Shown in pieces: positions 9,462-18,932 of a DNA stretch of 64,000 nucleotides. Every line of letters begins with the position of its first letter. Positions within the stretch are counted from its first letter, which is position 1. The notes under the pieces are model-generated. The model was given only the letters and a program-made list of their open reading frames with translations. It was not told the DNA's origin and did not search any database. This stretch comes from an uncultured Bacillota bacterium (GTDB taxonomy: Bacteria > Sysuimicrobiota > Sysuimicrobiia > Sysuimicrobiales > Segetimicrobiaceae). The stretch is from assembly GCA_963804645.1 (NCBI GenBank), contig CAWDRG010000009.1, positions 1,152,001 through 1,216,000 of the forward strand. Reading direction: 5' to 3'. The position numbers and the translations under genes are program-made.

Positions 9462-9923
9462 ATGTCGGTGATCCAACCTCCCGAGGCGACGCCGGTGCCG
9501 TGGGGCGCTGTGGCGGCCTATACGGTGCTTCGTGTGGCGTTTGGGTTCGCGATGTTCATGCACGGCGTCGCGCGCCTCGTCGGCGGGATCGACATCTATG
9601 CCCACCGCTACCTTGCGGGCTTCGCACATGTCCCGCTGCCGCACGACCTCGTGGCGCTGGTCATCTATGCGATCCCGTATATCGAGGTGGTCATCGGGGC
9701 TCCCGTGGTGCTTGGGTTGTTGACACGTTGGGCCCTGCTCGCAAACGCTGCGCTGCTCCTCGTGTTCATTTTCGGGACCGGGATGCAGCAGAGTTGGAAC
9801 GGAGTCGAAACGCAGCTCGTCTATACGTTCCTCGTGTCGCTCCTGCTGTTGGGGCTGGGCCTCAACGTCGTGTCGCTCGACGATCTCGCTGCCCGGAGAA
9901 GAGGCGACTCGGACTCGCGCTGA
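9462..9923 (+). CDS. DoxX family membrane protein
   Basis: LRVAFGFAMFMHG...E..IG...LGLLTR...SLD. Confidence 0.75.
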   Translation: MSVIQPPEATPVPWGAVAAYTVLRVAFGFAMFMHGVARLVGGIDIYAHRYLAGFAHVPLPHDLVALVIYAIPYIEVVIGAPVVLGLLTRWALLANAALLLVFIFGTGMQQSWNGVETQLVYTFLVSLLLLGLGLNVVSLDDLAARRRGDSDSR

Positions 9924-9937
9924 CGCCGCGTGTTTCG

Positions 9938-9966
9938 GTGACATGGTGGTCCCCGAGGGCTATAAT
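9938..9966 (+). promoter_or_regulatory. Sigma70-type promoter for the protease gene
   Basis: GTGACA-N17-TATAAT. Confidence 0.6.
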
Positions 9967-10069
9967 AAACTTCCCAAGTGGCCCCCGCGCGCAGCACGGT
10001 GGGTAGGGCAATTGGGAAGGCAAGGACGTGGATGGTTGCGGCACGTGCTCGTTCCGGGGGGCGATTCGT

Positions 10070-11449
10070 ATGCATGCGGCAACCTGCCTCGCGTGGTCAC
10101 GGTGGTTGCGTGCCGTCCTGACGGCGTTGTGGCTGGCCGCGGCGCTCCCCGGCAGTACGCTCGGAGCATCCGCCGCCCCGGCGGCGCCCGCGCAGCCGCC
10201 TGCGCTCTCGCTTCAACAGTTGTTCAGACAGAGCGCTCCTGCGGTCGTCACCATCACACAGGTCGACAACGGCGGCCGCGTGCTCGCCCTCGCCAGCGGA
10301 TTCGTCGTGTCCCCCTCCGGCGTGATCGTGACGAACCACCACGTCATCGCCCCAGAGCCGGGAGCGGTGCAGTTGGTGGTCAAGCTGCCGCGCGGGGACT
10401 CGTTTACCGACGTCCGGATCATCTACCAGGATGCCCGGCATGATCTGGCCGTCCTGTCCGTCAAGGCGTCGGGACTCACGGCGCTGAAACTGGGGGATTC
10501 GGATCGCGTCGAGGTCGGTGATCAGGTGGTAGCCATCGGAAATCCCGAGGGCCTCAACCTGACGTTTACCGTGGGCGTGGTGGAGGGCATCCGGACGGAT
10601 CCGAGCAACGGATCCCACTTCATTCAGCATCAGGCCCCGATTTCTCCCGGCTCAAGCGGCGGCCCGCTCCTGAACGCGCAGGGAGAAGTGATCGGGATCA
10701 ACACGTTCGAGATTCAGAACGCGCAGAATCTGAACGGGGCCATCCCCATCAACGACGCGAAGCCGTATCTTGGTGGCGCGGCCACCATGACCTGGCAGCA
10801 GTTCGCGCGGGCGGCTCCGGCCGCTCCGGCGGCGCCCGGCCCCGCCTCCGGACAAGCGGCGCCCCCCCAGGGGAGCGCGCCATCCGAACCCGGCTCATCG
10901 TTTTTCATGAAAGTCTCCGACTACCGGGGTGGTGAAGACGGCTATCGGGTCGGGTTCACCGCGGGTGTCTACGACACCGTCTCCCTGTTCGCGACCGTGG
11001 CACAGGGGCCAGGCGGGATCGACAACCAAATGCTCCTGGCGCTGTTCCAGTGTGTCGACGGCCAAGGTGATGCGCTCGGCCAGCTCGCGGGGTGGGTGAC
11101 GGCCCAGAGTCCCCCGGGCGATTACTCTGAAATCTCGGCGATCGTGGACGCCTGTCAGCAGACGGGCCCCTCGCGTGAAGTGGTGTTCATGACGGGACAA
11201 CTGTACCGTGACAGCGCCAATCCTCTCAAGGAGGGGTTCGTCGCGGGCGTCTACGACACCATCTCGATGTTCGCGGGGGCGGCCCAAGGATCCGGCCTGG
11301 ACAACCAGCGCGTCATCTCATTCTTCCGCTGCCTGGACAGCCACGGGGACACGGTCGCCTCCCTCAGGTCGTGGGTCGACCTCGCCGTCTCCGGCGGATC
11401 GCCCGATGACGTCGCATTCCTGGTTGTCTTGGCGGCCTGTCCGGGATAG
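10070..11449 (+). CDS. Secreted trypsin-like (S1C) serine protease with tandem C-terminal Cys-containing repeats, no PDZ
   Basis: Signal peptide; TNHHV, DLAVL, ISPGSSGGPL catalytic triad; two ~90-aa repeats each containing GFxAGVYDT. Confidence 0.85.
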   Translation: MHAATCLAWSRWLRAVLTALWLAAALPGSTLGASAAPAAPAQPPALSLQQLFRQSAPAVVTITQVDNGGRVLALASGFVVSPSGVIVTNHHVIAPEPGAVQLVVKLPRGDSFTDVRIIYQDARHDLAVLSVKASGLTALKLGDSDRVEVGDQVVAIGNPEGLNLTFTVGVVEGIRTDPSNGSHFIQHQAPISPGSSGGPLLNAQGEVIGINTFEIQNAQNLNGAIPINDAKPYLGGAATMTWQQFARAAPAAPAAPGPASGQAAPPQGSAPSEPGSSFFMKVSDYRGGEDGYRVGFTAGVYDTVSLFATVAQGPGGIDNQMLLALFQCVDGQGDALGQLAGWVTAQSPPGDYSEISAIVDACQQTGPSREVVFMTGQLYRDSANPLKEGFVAGVYDTISMFAGAAQGSGLDNQRVISFFRCLDSHGDTVASLRSWVDLAVSGGSPDDVAFLVVLAACPG

Positions 11450-11766
11450 TGCCAGGCGAACGGGAGACGGAGGCACAGGCGCGGGCTCGGGAATCTCGCA
11501 TTCAGGCCCCGTTCCCTACGCGGGTGCGTGCGTGGCATGTTGTAGTCTGACAACGGCCACGTCATTCAGCAGACCCCTCGGAAACGAACGCCTGCAACTC
11601 CTCTGAGACTTCTACTCGGTTCGCTTCTCTGTTCGAACGAGCGTATACTAGGGAGGCTTCCCCTTCCTTACGTCCGCGACCACGTCCCTCGCACTCGGTC
11701 GGCTCCTCGGAGGAGAAGGTGCGCGATCTCAGCACGCGACCCGACCAACTCTTGAGGAGGACGACC

Positions 11767-12810
11767 ATGACGATCGGCACCGGCACCGTGATCGAGCACT
11801 CTGTGCACGCTCCCGGCGAACGCATGAAGGCGATCGTATACGGGAGATACGGGTCTCCCGACGTTCTCGAGTTAACGGAGATCCCGAAACCCGCGCCCAG
11901 GGACCATGAAGTCCTGATCAAGGTGCACGCCACAACCGTGACCTCTGGAGACTGGCGGGGCCGCACCCTCAATGTGCCAAGGGGGTTCGGGCTGATCTCG
12001 CGACTGGTGTTCGGCATCTCCAGACCGCGACAGCCCATCCTCGGGTCAGAGCTGTGCGGGGAGATCGTAGCGGTCGGCAAGACCGTCAGCAAATTCAAGG
12101 TAGGCGACACAGTCTTCGCATTCAGCGGCATGCGGATGGGCTGCTATGTCGAGTACAAGTGCATGCCTGAAGACGGCGCGGTCGCGCTGAAGCCCGCGAA
12201 CCTGAGTGACGAAGAAGCCGCCGCCATTTCGTTTGGCGGCACGACTGCGCTGATCTTCTTCAGAAGAGCAAAGATCCAGATCGGGGACAAAGTGCTGATC
12301 AATGGTGCGTCTGGCGCGGTGGGAACCGCCGCAGTACAGCTCGCCAGGCACTTCGGGGCAGAGGTGACCGGCGTGTGCAGCACTGGCAATCTCGAGCTCG
12401 TGAAATCAATCGGGGCCGACAAGGTGATCGACTACACCAAGACGGATTTCACCCAGAACGGTGAAACCTACGACATCATTGTCGACACCGCAGGTACGGC
12501 GCCCTTCTCCCGGAGCAAAGCCTCACTGCGGGCCGGGGGACGCCTGCTTCCGGTTCTCGGTACATTGGGCGACATGCTCCAAATGCCGTGGGTCGCGATG
12601 ACGGGCAACAAGCGGATCGTCGCTGGTCCAGTCAGCGGGCACGCAGCGGATCTCCGTTTTCTCGCAGGGCTGGCCGAGTTAGGACAGTTTAGACCGGTGG
12701 TCGATCGGCGCTATCCCTTCGAACAGATCGCCGACGCTCACCGCTATGTTGACACGGGCCGCAAGAGGGGGAATGTCGTCATAACTTTCGAGAATCGTCA
12801 CCAACACTGA
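11767..12810 (+). CDS. NAD(P)-dependent alcohol dehydrogenase / quinone reductase (MDR family)
   Basis: MKAIVY..YGSPDVL, INGASGAVG, AHRYVDTGRKRGNVVI; GAGGAGG SD. Confidence 0.88.
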   Translation: MTIGTGTVIEHSVHAPGERMKAIVYGRYGSPDVLELTEIPKPAPRDHEVLIKVHATTVTSGDWRGRTLNVPRGFGLISRLVFGISRPRQPILGSELCGEIVAVGKTVSKFKVGDTVFAFSGMRMGCYVEYKCMPEDGAVALKPANLSDEEAAAISFGGTTALIFFRRAKIQIGDKVLINGASGAVGTAAVQLARHFGAEVTGVCSTGNLELVKSIGADKVIDYTKTDFTQNGETYDIIVDTAGTAPFSRSKASLRAGGRLLPVLGTLGDMLQMPWVAMTGNKRIVAGPVSGHAADLRFLAGLAELGQFRPVVDRRYPFEQIADAHRYVDTGRKRGNVVITFENRHQH

Positions 12811-12948
12811 CGGCGGGATTGGCATCCTACAACATCAACGACAGCCTCGACAAATGCGGACACGGACAGACGGGCTGACTCGACGAACGAAGAGCGTGCG
12901 GCCGCGACGATACGAATTCAAGGTGCATCCACACGATGGGGGAAAGCC

Positions 12949-13107
12949 ATGAGCAGTTGGGGGAAGATGAGACTCGCCAGCGTCGTTTTTCCCGCCGTCA
13001 GCCTGTTTGTATGGACCCCACCGTTTCACGCGTCTCCAAAGATCGAACCCACGTGTCCTCCGGGATGCACCTGCGTTGGCCCGCGTCACTTGCCTGTTTG
13101 CGGGTGA
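12949..13107 (+). CDS. Putative small secreted Cys-rich peptide (52 aa)
   Basis: MSSWGKMRLASVVFPAVSLFVWTPPFHASPKIEPTCPPGCTCVGPRHLPVCG*; GGGGGA SD-like; below the ORF-track cutoff. Confidence 0.4.
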   Translation: MSSWGKMRLASVVFPAVSLFVWTPPFHASPKIEPTCPPGCTCVGPRHLPVCG

Positions 13108-13277
13108 ATAATCGCTAATAGGACAACCGCAATACCCGGCCAATTCACAGTCCTATCGACCGTGTTGCTCCGCTCGCCCTGCGAGGAGATGGAACCGTCA
13201 CAGTGGTCGTGTGGATGGGTGGGTATTGGGTCGCAGAACGAGGTGGAGCTTTGTGCTGCGCTTGAGGAGCGGCAGCC

Positions 13278-13307
13278 TTGACCCTAATCCTGAATCGTTT
13301 CTATACT
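13278..13307 (+). promoter_or_regulatory. Sigma70-type promoter for pfpI
   Basis: TTGACC-N18-TATACT. Confidence 0.55.
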
Positions 13308-13355
13308 GGGAGTTGAAGGTACGCGAGTCAAGACGACCCATGGGAGGGTGGCGCG

Positions 13356-13898
13356 ATGGATCTCACCGGAAAGAAAGTGGCGGTACTGGCTGAGGATTAT
13401 TACGAAAACCTGGAGCTTTGGTATCCGGTTCTCCGGCTTCGCGAGGCCGGCGCGCATGTGACGATCGTAGGGCCAAAGATGGGCGAGAGCTACAAGAGCA
13501 AGGAAGGCTACCCCGCGAAGGCCGAGTTGTCGATGGAGGATGCCAAGGCGTCGGAGTTCGACGCGGTGATCGTGCCCGGTGGATACGCGCCGGATCGGAT
13601 GCGCCGGCATGAGCCGATGCTGCGGCTCGTCCGGGAGGCGTTCGGACAGGGGAAAGTGGTCGCGTCGATCTGCCACGCGGCGTGGGTGCCGATTTCGGCC
13701 GGGATCCTGAAGGGCCGCACGATGACGTGCGTCAGCGCGGTGAAGGATGATGTCATCAACGCCGGCGCGCACTACGTGGACAAGGAAGTCGTCGTGGACG
13801 GCAACCTGATTTCGTCCCGGACCCCCGCGGATCTGCCGGCGTTCTGCCGCGAGATCATCAAGGCGCTCAGCACGGCGAAAGTCGCGGCGCGCGCCTAG
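13356..13898 (+). CDS. pfpI: PfpI/DJ-1 family glyoxalase/protease
   Basis: ENLELWYP, PGGYAPD, ICHA, VDGNLISSRTPADLPAF. Confidence 0.9.
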   Translation: MDLTGKKVAVLAEDYYENLELWYPVLRLREAGAHVTIVGPKMGESYKSKEGYPAKAELSMEDAKASEFDAVIVPGGYAPDRMRRHEPMLRLVREAFGQGKVVASICHAAWVPISAGILKGRTMTCVSAVKDDVINAGAHYVDKEVVVDGNLISSRTPADLPAFCREIIKALSTAKVAARA

Positions 13899-13994
13899 CG
13901 CGGCGTCCGCCGCTCAGTGGTGCACCGGCCCCGTGCGTCTCGGTGAGGGCGCAGGCGGCCGTGATGTGCGCGTGGCGGAGACGAGTCTTCCATC

Positions 13995-14636
13995 ATGATC
14001 CTTGAAGGATTTCCGGTCGGCCCGGTACAGGCGAACTGCTATCTGTTCGGCGACGAAGCCGCCGGCGAGATGTTCGTGATCGATCCGGGCGACGAGGCGG
14101 AGCACGTGCTCGCGGCGATTCGCCGCCATCGGAGCCGGGTCGTCGCGATCGTGAACACCCACGGGCACTTCGACCACGTCCAGGCGGTTGACGCGGTGCG
14201 CAAGGCGACCGGCGCGCCGTTCTGGATTCACGAGGGGGAGCGCGAGGTGCTCGAGCAGGGCCCCGCGCGGGCCCGCCAGTTTTTCGGCGTCGAGCTCCCG
14301 CCTTCTCCGATCCCGACGCGCTGGCTGGCCGACGGCGACCGGCTGCAGGTCGGGAGTCTCAGCCTCGTGGTGCGCCACACGCCCGGACACAGCCCGGGCG
14401 GCGTGTGTCTGATCGGCGATGGTCTCGCGTTTGTCGGGGACACGCTGTTCGCCGGCAGCATCGGGCGGACGGATCTCCCGGGCGCCAGCATGGACGTGCT
14501 GCTCGATTCGATCACCCGCGTCCTGCTGCCGCTGCCCGACGACACGGTCTGCTATCCCGGGCATGGGCCGGAGACGACGATCGGCGAGGAGAAGCGCTCG
14601 AACCCATTCATCGCGCCGCTCGTCCGCGACGGGTGA
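13995..14636 (+). CDS. MBL-fold metallo-hydrolase (glyoxalase II-like)
   Basis: THGHFDH, HTPGHSPG, GDTLFAGSIGRTD, PGHGP.TTIG.EK..NPF. Confidence 0.9.
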   Translation: MILEGFPVGPVQANCYLFGDEAAGEMFVIDPGDEAEHVLAAIRRHRSRVVAIVNTHGHFDHVQAVDAVRKATGAPFWIHEGEREVLEQGPARARQFFGVELPPSPIPTRWLADGDRLQVGSLSLVVRHTPGHSPGGVCLIGDGLAFVGDTLFAGSIGRTDLPGASMDVLLDSITRVLLPLPDDTVCYPGHGPETTIGEEKRSNPFIAPLVRDG

Positions 14637-15388
14637 CGGGAGCGCCGCCGGACACCTCCGCGGCTGACGTCCGGGCGCAGTCGCGCGTGCCGCGCCTGTT
14701 GTTTGTCCACGGCGCTGGCGGCAGCGCACACAGCTGGGATCTTCAGCGGCTCGCGTTCCCGGACGCGATCGTCCCCGACCTGCCCGGTCACGACGGGTCC
14801 GGGCCGGGGCGCCGGACGATCGCCGCGTACGGCGAGTGGCTGCGGCGCACCGCGCTCGAGCGTGCGTGGGCACCGGTCGTGCTTGCCGGCCACTCGATGG
14901 GCGGCGCCATCGCGCTGTGGTACGCGCTCGAACATCCCCGAGACCTTGACGGGCTCGTGCTCGTGGCGGCCGGTGCGCGGATGCGCGTGCACCCGGACCT
15001 GCTGGCCCTGCTGCGTGCGGACTATCCGGCGGCCGCCGACCGAATCGTCGACATCTCGCTCGCCGCGTCCCCGCGAGGGCGTCTCGCCGCGCGCCTCCGA
15101 GACGCGATGCTCGCGGTGCCGCAGGACGTCACGCTCGGCGACTTTGAGGCGTGCGACGCGTTTGACGTGCTCGGGAAGCTCGATGCGGTTCGCCTGCCGA
15201 CGCTCGTGATCGTCGGCGGCGAAGACCGCATGACGCCGCCCAAGTTCGCGGAGTATCTGCACTCCCACATCGACGGGTCGAGCCTGGCGGTGATCGCCGG
15301 CGCCGGACACATGGTCCATCTCGAGCGGCCCCGTGAGGTCAACCAGGCGATCCGGGAGTTCCGCGCCGGCCTCCGGCGCGGGGGATGA
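14633..15388 (+). CDS. Alpha/beta hydrolase
   Basis: FVHGAGG, DLPGH, GHSMGG, GAGHMVHLE; GTGA overlap. Confidence 0.85.
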   Translation: MTGAPPDTSAADVRAQSRVPRLLFVHGAGGSAHSWDLQRLAFPDAIVPDLPGHDGSGPGRRTIAAYGEWLRRTALERAWAPVVLAGHSMGGAIALWYALEHPRDLDGLVLVAAGARMRVHPDLLALLRADYPAAADRIVDISLAASPRGRLAARLRDAMLAVPQDVTLGDFEACDAFDVLGKLDAVRLPTLVIVGGEDRMTPPKFAEYLHSHIDGSSLAVIAGAGHMVHLERPREVNQAIREFRAGLRRGG

Positions 15389-15418
15389 CGGCGCCGTGCG
15401 CGCTCCGCCGGCGGCCGG

Positions 15419-16669
15419 TCAGGGAGCGGGCGGTACCGGCAGGCGGGCGCGCAGCTCCGCGACCAGTACGGTGACCCCGGCGAGCGCGAGGGCCGTCGCG
15501 ACGGTCCAAAACAGCGTGGCGTAGCTTCCCAGCCACGCCCCGAGGAGCGCCGCCCCCACCGGGGCGAGCGCTCTGGCGCCGTTTGAGCTCGTTCCGATCG
15601 CCCCGTTCACGCTGGCGTAGTAGCGGCGCCCAAACACGTCGGCGACGGCGGCCGGCCGCGCGAGCGTCGCCATGCCGTTTCCGGCGCCGAGCAGCAGGAT
15701 CGCGGGGAGCAGGGTCGGGAGGCGTCCCACGAACGGCAGTAGGGCCATGCCCGCGGCCTGCACGAGGAAGACGGACCCGGTGACGGCCCGCCGTCCGACC
15801 CAGGCGGAGATCGGCACGAAGACGAGGCGGCCGGGGATCTGCATCGCGCCGATCCAGCCGACGGCCGCCGCCGCGTACGTCGCCGCGTATCCGTGCTGTG
15901 CGAGGAACGGGATCATGTGCACGGTGACGGTGACGCTCGCGAACGCGGAGGCCGCGAACGCGACGCTCAATGCCCAGAAGAGGGACGTGCGCAGCGCCTC
16001 GCGCAGCGTGACCCCCTCGACCGGCGCGGGCGCGCGCGGCTCGACCGTCTGAGGCGGGGGCGGGGCGGCGGCGCGCAGGGCCAGCGCGTGGATCGGGATC
16101 GTGATCACCGCGAGGATCACGGCGAGGATCTCGACCGCGGTGCGCCAGCCGAACCGGACGAGCAGCGCGGCCTCGAACGGCATGAAGATGGTGCTCGCGA
16201 GGCCGGCGACGAGGGTCACGGTCAGGAGCGCGCGGTCGCGGTGCCTGGTGAACCACTGCACGACCGCGGCGAACGCCGGGTCGTACAGCGTCATCGCCAT
16301 CGCGAGCCCCATGCCGCCCCAGACGAGGTACAGGACGGGCACGCTTCCGGTCCGGGACCACGCGAACGTCAGCGCGACGGCCAGGCACGACCCGAGGGTC
16401 ATCAGCCCGCGCGGCCCGCTGTGGTCCAGCCACCGCCCGACCGGGATCGCGGCGGCGGCGCTCACCGCGAGGGCGAGCGAAAACGCGCCGGTGACGGCGA
16501 CGGGCGAGGCCCGGAGGTCGCGCTCCATCGCCTGGAGGAACACCGGAAATCCGTAGTAGATGATGCCCCACGAGACCAGCTCGGTGACGGCGAGGGCCGT
16601 GACGATCACCCACCCGTAGTGCACGCGCGGCGCGCGCTCGATGCCGGCGGTGCCCGGAGAGGAAACCAC
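15419..16669 (-). CDS. MFS transporter
   Basis: HYGWVIV...YYGFPVF, GRWLDHSGPR; about 12 TM segments. Confidence 0.85.
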   Translation of the reverse strand: MVSSPGTAGIERAPRVHYGWVIVTALAVTELVSWGIIYYGFPVFLQAMERDLRASPVAVTGAFSLALAVSAAAAIPVGRWLDHSGPRGLMTLGSCLAVALTFAWSRTGSVPVLYLVWGGMGLAMAMTLYDPAFAAVVQWFTRHRDRALLTVTLVAGLASTIFMPFEAALLVRFGWRTAVEILAVILAVITIPIHALALRAAAPPPPQTVEPRAPAPVEGVTLREALRTSLFWALSVAFAASAFASVTVTVHMIPFLAQHGYAATYAAAAVGWIGAMQIPGRLVFVPISAWVGRRAVTGSVFLVQAAGMALLPFVGRLPTLLPAILLLGAGNGMATLARPAAVADVFGRRYYASVNGAIGTSSNGARALAPVGAALLGAWLGSYATLFWTVATALALAGVTVLVAELRARLPVPPAP

Positions 16670-16756
16670 GGTCCTACCGGTTCCGACACAGCGGGCGCGG
16701 TCCCTGCCGCGCGGCAGGCGGGAGGACCGCCGCGGACGCGCGCGGAATATCGAGCC

Positions 16757-17566
16757 ATGCCGCCGATCACCGACACGGACGCGCTGCGCGGCGCGTCGCC
16801 CCGCGATCTCCGGCTCCGGATCCGGCGCGGCGAGTGGACCGGGGTGACCGCGGGCCTCGCGCCGGGGTTCGCGCAGACGAACCTCGTTGTGGTGCCCCGG
16901 GAGATCGCCTACGACTTTCTCGTGTTCTGCCAGCGCAACCCGAAGCCGTGTCCGTTGGTCGACGTCGCGGATCCGGGTAGTCCCGAGCCGGCGTTCTCCG
17001 CGCCCGGGGCCGATCTCCGGACCGACGTGCCGCGGTACCGGGTCTACCGCGGCGGCCGCCTCGAGGAGGAAGTGACGGAGATCACCCGGCTGTGGCGCGA
17101 CGATCTGGTCGCGTTTCTCCTCGGGTGCTCGTTCACGTTCGAGCACGCGATGGAGCGGGCCGGTCTTCCCGTGCGACACATCGAGGACCGTCACAACGTG
17201 CCGATGTACGTGACCTCGGTCGCGTGCCGGCCGGCGGGAGCGCTGCGCGGCCCCATGGTCGTGACGATGCGGCCGCTCCCCCCGGCCGCGGTGCCCCGGA
17301 CCGTGCTCGTGACCGGCCGGTATCCGAAGGCGCACGGCGCGCCCGTCCACGTGGGAGACCCGGCCGTGATTGGGATCCGCGATTTGGCCAGGCCCGACTT
17401 CGGCGATCCTCCGCGCATCGAGCCCGGCGAGATGCCCGTGTTTTGGGGGTGCGGCGTCACGCCGCAGGCCGTCGCGATGGCGGCCAAGGTGGATCTCATG
17501 ATCACCCACGCGCCCGGGCATATGTTTGTGACCGACCTGCTGGACGAGGACCTGACGAGCACCTGA
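16757..17566 (+). CDS. DUF1445 / YcsI putative hydro-lyase (D-glutamate cyclase family)
   Basis: FCQRNPKPCP, DLRTDVPRY, LGCSFTFE, FWGCGVTPQ, ITHAPGHMFVTD. Confidence 0.88.
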   Translation: MPPITDTDALRGASPRDLRLRIRRGEWTGVTAGLAPGFAQTNLVVVPREIAYDFLVFCQRNPKPCPLVDVADPGSPEPAFSAPGADLRTDVPRYRVYRGGRLEEEVTEITRLWRDDLVAFLLGCSFTFEHAMERAGLPVRHIEDRHNVPMYVTSVACRPAGALRGPMVVTMRPLPPAAVPRTVLVTGRYPKAHGAPVHVGDPAVIGIRDLARPDFGDPPRIEPGEMPVFWGCGVTPQAVAMAAKVDLMITHAPGHMFVTDLLDEDLTST

Positions 17567-17679
17567 CCGTCGTTCCGCCGCCGCGGCCGTTCACCGTCGT
17601 GATGCGCCGTTCTGCGCCCCGCGCCGCCGTGCGTGCGCTCGGCAGATCCACGCGGCGCATCCGACTTTGAGGAGGCGAC

Positions 17680-18912
17680 GTGGACGCACACGATGACCGG
17701 ACCGCCGCGCCCAGGCAGTCGTGGATCGCGGTGCTCGCGATCTTCTCGATCACGTCGGTGGTCGAGACGATGGGCGTGAGCCAGATCTCGGCGTTTCTGC
17801 CGCTGGACCTCAGGACGATGGGGCTGGCCCCGGGGGCGATTCCGCGGCTGGTGGGCCTCCTGAATGCGCTGATATTCATCCTCGGCCTGCCGCTCGTACC
17901 GCTGTGGGGCGCGTTCGCGGACAAGTACAGCCGCAAGCTCGTCATCGCCCGCAGTGCCGTGGTGGAGGCGCTTGTGTTCGGATTGGTCGCGCTGAGCCGC
18001 CGGCCGTGGGAGCTCGCGGGCAGCCTCCTGCTCGTCGGGTTCCAGTTGGGAAACACGGGAGTGATGCTTGCGACGATCCGCGACGCGACGCCCCGCAACC
18101 GCCTCGGGACCGCCGTCGCGATCTTCGGCTCGATGTCGCCGATCGGGTTCGCGGCCGGTCCGGCCGTGGGCAGCCTGCTGCTGGACCGCCTGCACGCGCC
18201 GATCGCCGCCGTGTATGGGCTCTCGTCGGCCCTGTCGGTCGGCACCGCGATTCTGCTGATGGTCGGGCTGCGAGAGGTGCGGCCGTCGATCGTGCCGACC
18301 GCGACCGTGCTCCAACTAGCGCGCGCGGCGATGCGCGGTGTGCTGATCGACCCGGTCACCCGGCGGCTGTTCGTCCTGTTCGGTTGCACGCTGTTCGCCC
18401 GGTGGATGGTGTGGCCGTTTCTGCCGATCGCCGTCGAGCGGGTCCACGCGGGCGGGGCCGGCCTCGCGAGCGCGATCGCGCTGGTCGTCGGCACGGCCGC
18501 GCTCGTGGGCGGCGTGGTCTCCCCGCTCGCGGGGACGATCGGCGACCGGATCGGGTTCCGTCCGGTCATGATCGGCGCCATGGTGGGCGCGGGCGCGGCG
18601 TTCGCGGCGCTGCCGGCTGCGTCCACCGTGACCAGGCTCGCGGTCGCCAGCGGCGCGGCGGCGGCGTGCGGGGCGGCCGTCAGCGCGATGGTGTTTGCCA
18701 TGCTGGCCACCGAGGTCCCCGCCGAGCGGCGGTCGGCGACGCTGAACCTGGTCTATCTGCCGCTGTATCTGGCCGGGATCGCCGGGCCGGCCGCGGGTGC
18801 GCTCGTCGTGGGGGGAGGGCTCGGCGCGGTCTTCTACACGGCCGCCGCGGTGGTGGCCGCGGGGGCGCTCTTCGCCTGGACGTCGATGGCTCGGCGCACG
18901 CGGCCGGCCTAG
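17680..18912 (+). CDS. MFS transporter
   Basis: WGAFADKYSRK and GTIGDRIG motifs; GAGGAGG SD. Confidence 0.85.
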   Translation: MDAHDDRTAAPRQSWIAVLAIFSITSVVETMGVSQISAFLPLDLRTMGLAPGAIPRLVGLLNALIFILGLPLVPLWGAFADKYSRKLVIARSAVVEALVFGLVALSRRPWELAGSLLLVGFQLGNTGVMLATIRDATPRNRLGTAVAIFGSMSPIGFAAGPAVGSLLLDRLHAPIAAVYGLSSALSVGTAILLMVGLREVRPSIVPTATVLQLARAAMRGVLIDPVTRRLFVLFGCTLFARWMVWPFLPIAVERVHAGGAGLASAIALVVGTAALVGGVVSPLAGTIGDRIGFRPVMIGAMVGAGAAFAALPAASTVTRLAVASGAAAACGAAVSAMVFAMLATEVPAERRSATLNLVYLPLYLAGIAGPAAGALVVGGGLGAVFYTAAAVVAAGALFAWTSMARRTRPA

Positions 18913-18932
18913 CCCCTCCGGCCGCGCCCCGG

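Noticed and set aside
11450..11766. Possible riboswitch upstream of the MDR dehydrogenase
   Set aside because: No recognisable aptamer or terminator; only a TATACT -10-like hexamer.
15419..17521. 700-aa and 557-aa extended ORFs around the MFS and DUF1445 genes
   Set aside because: The extensions are antisense overlaps of the divergent neighbour; the real starts are near 16669 and 16757.
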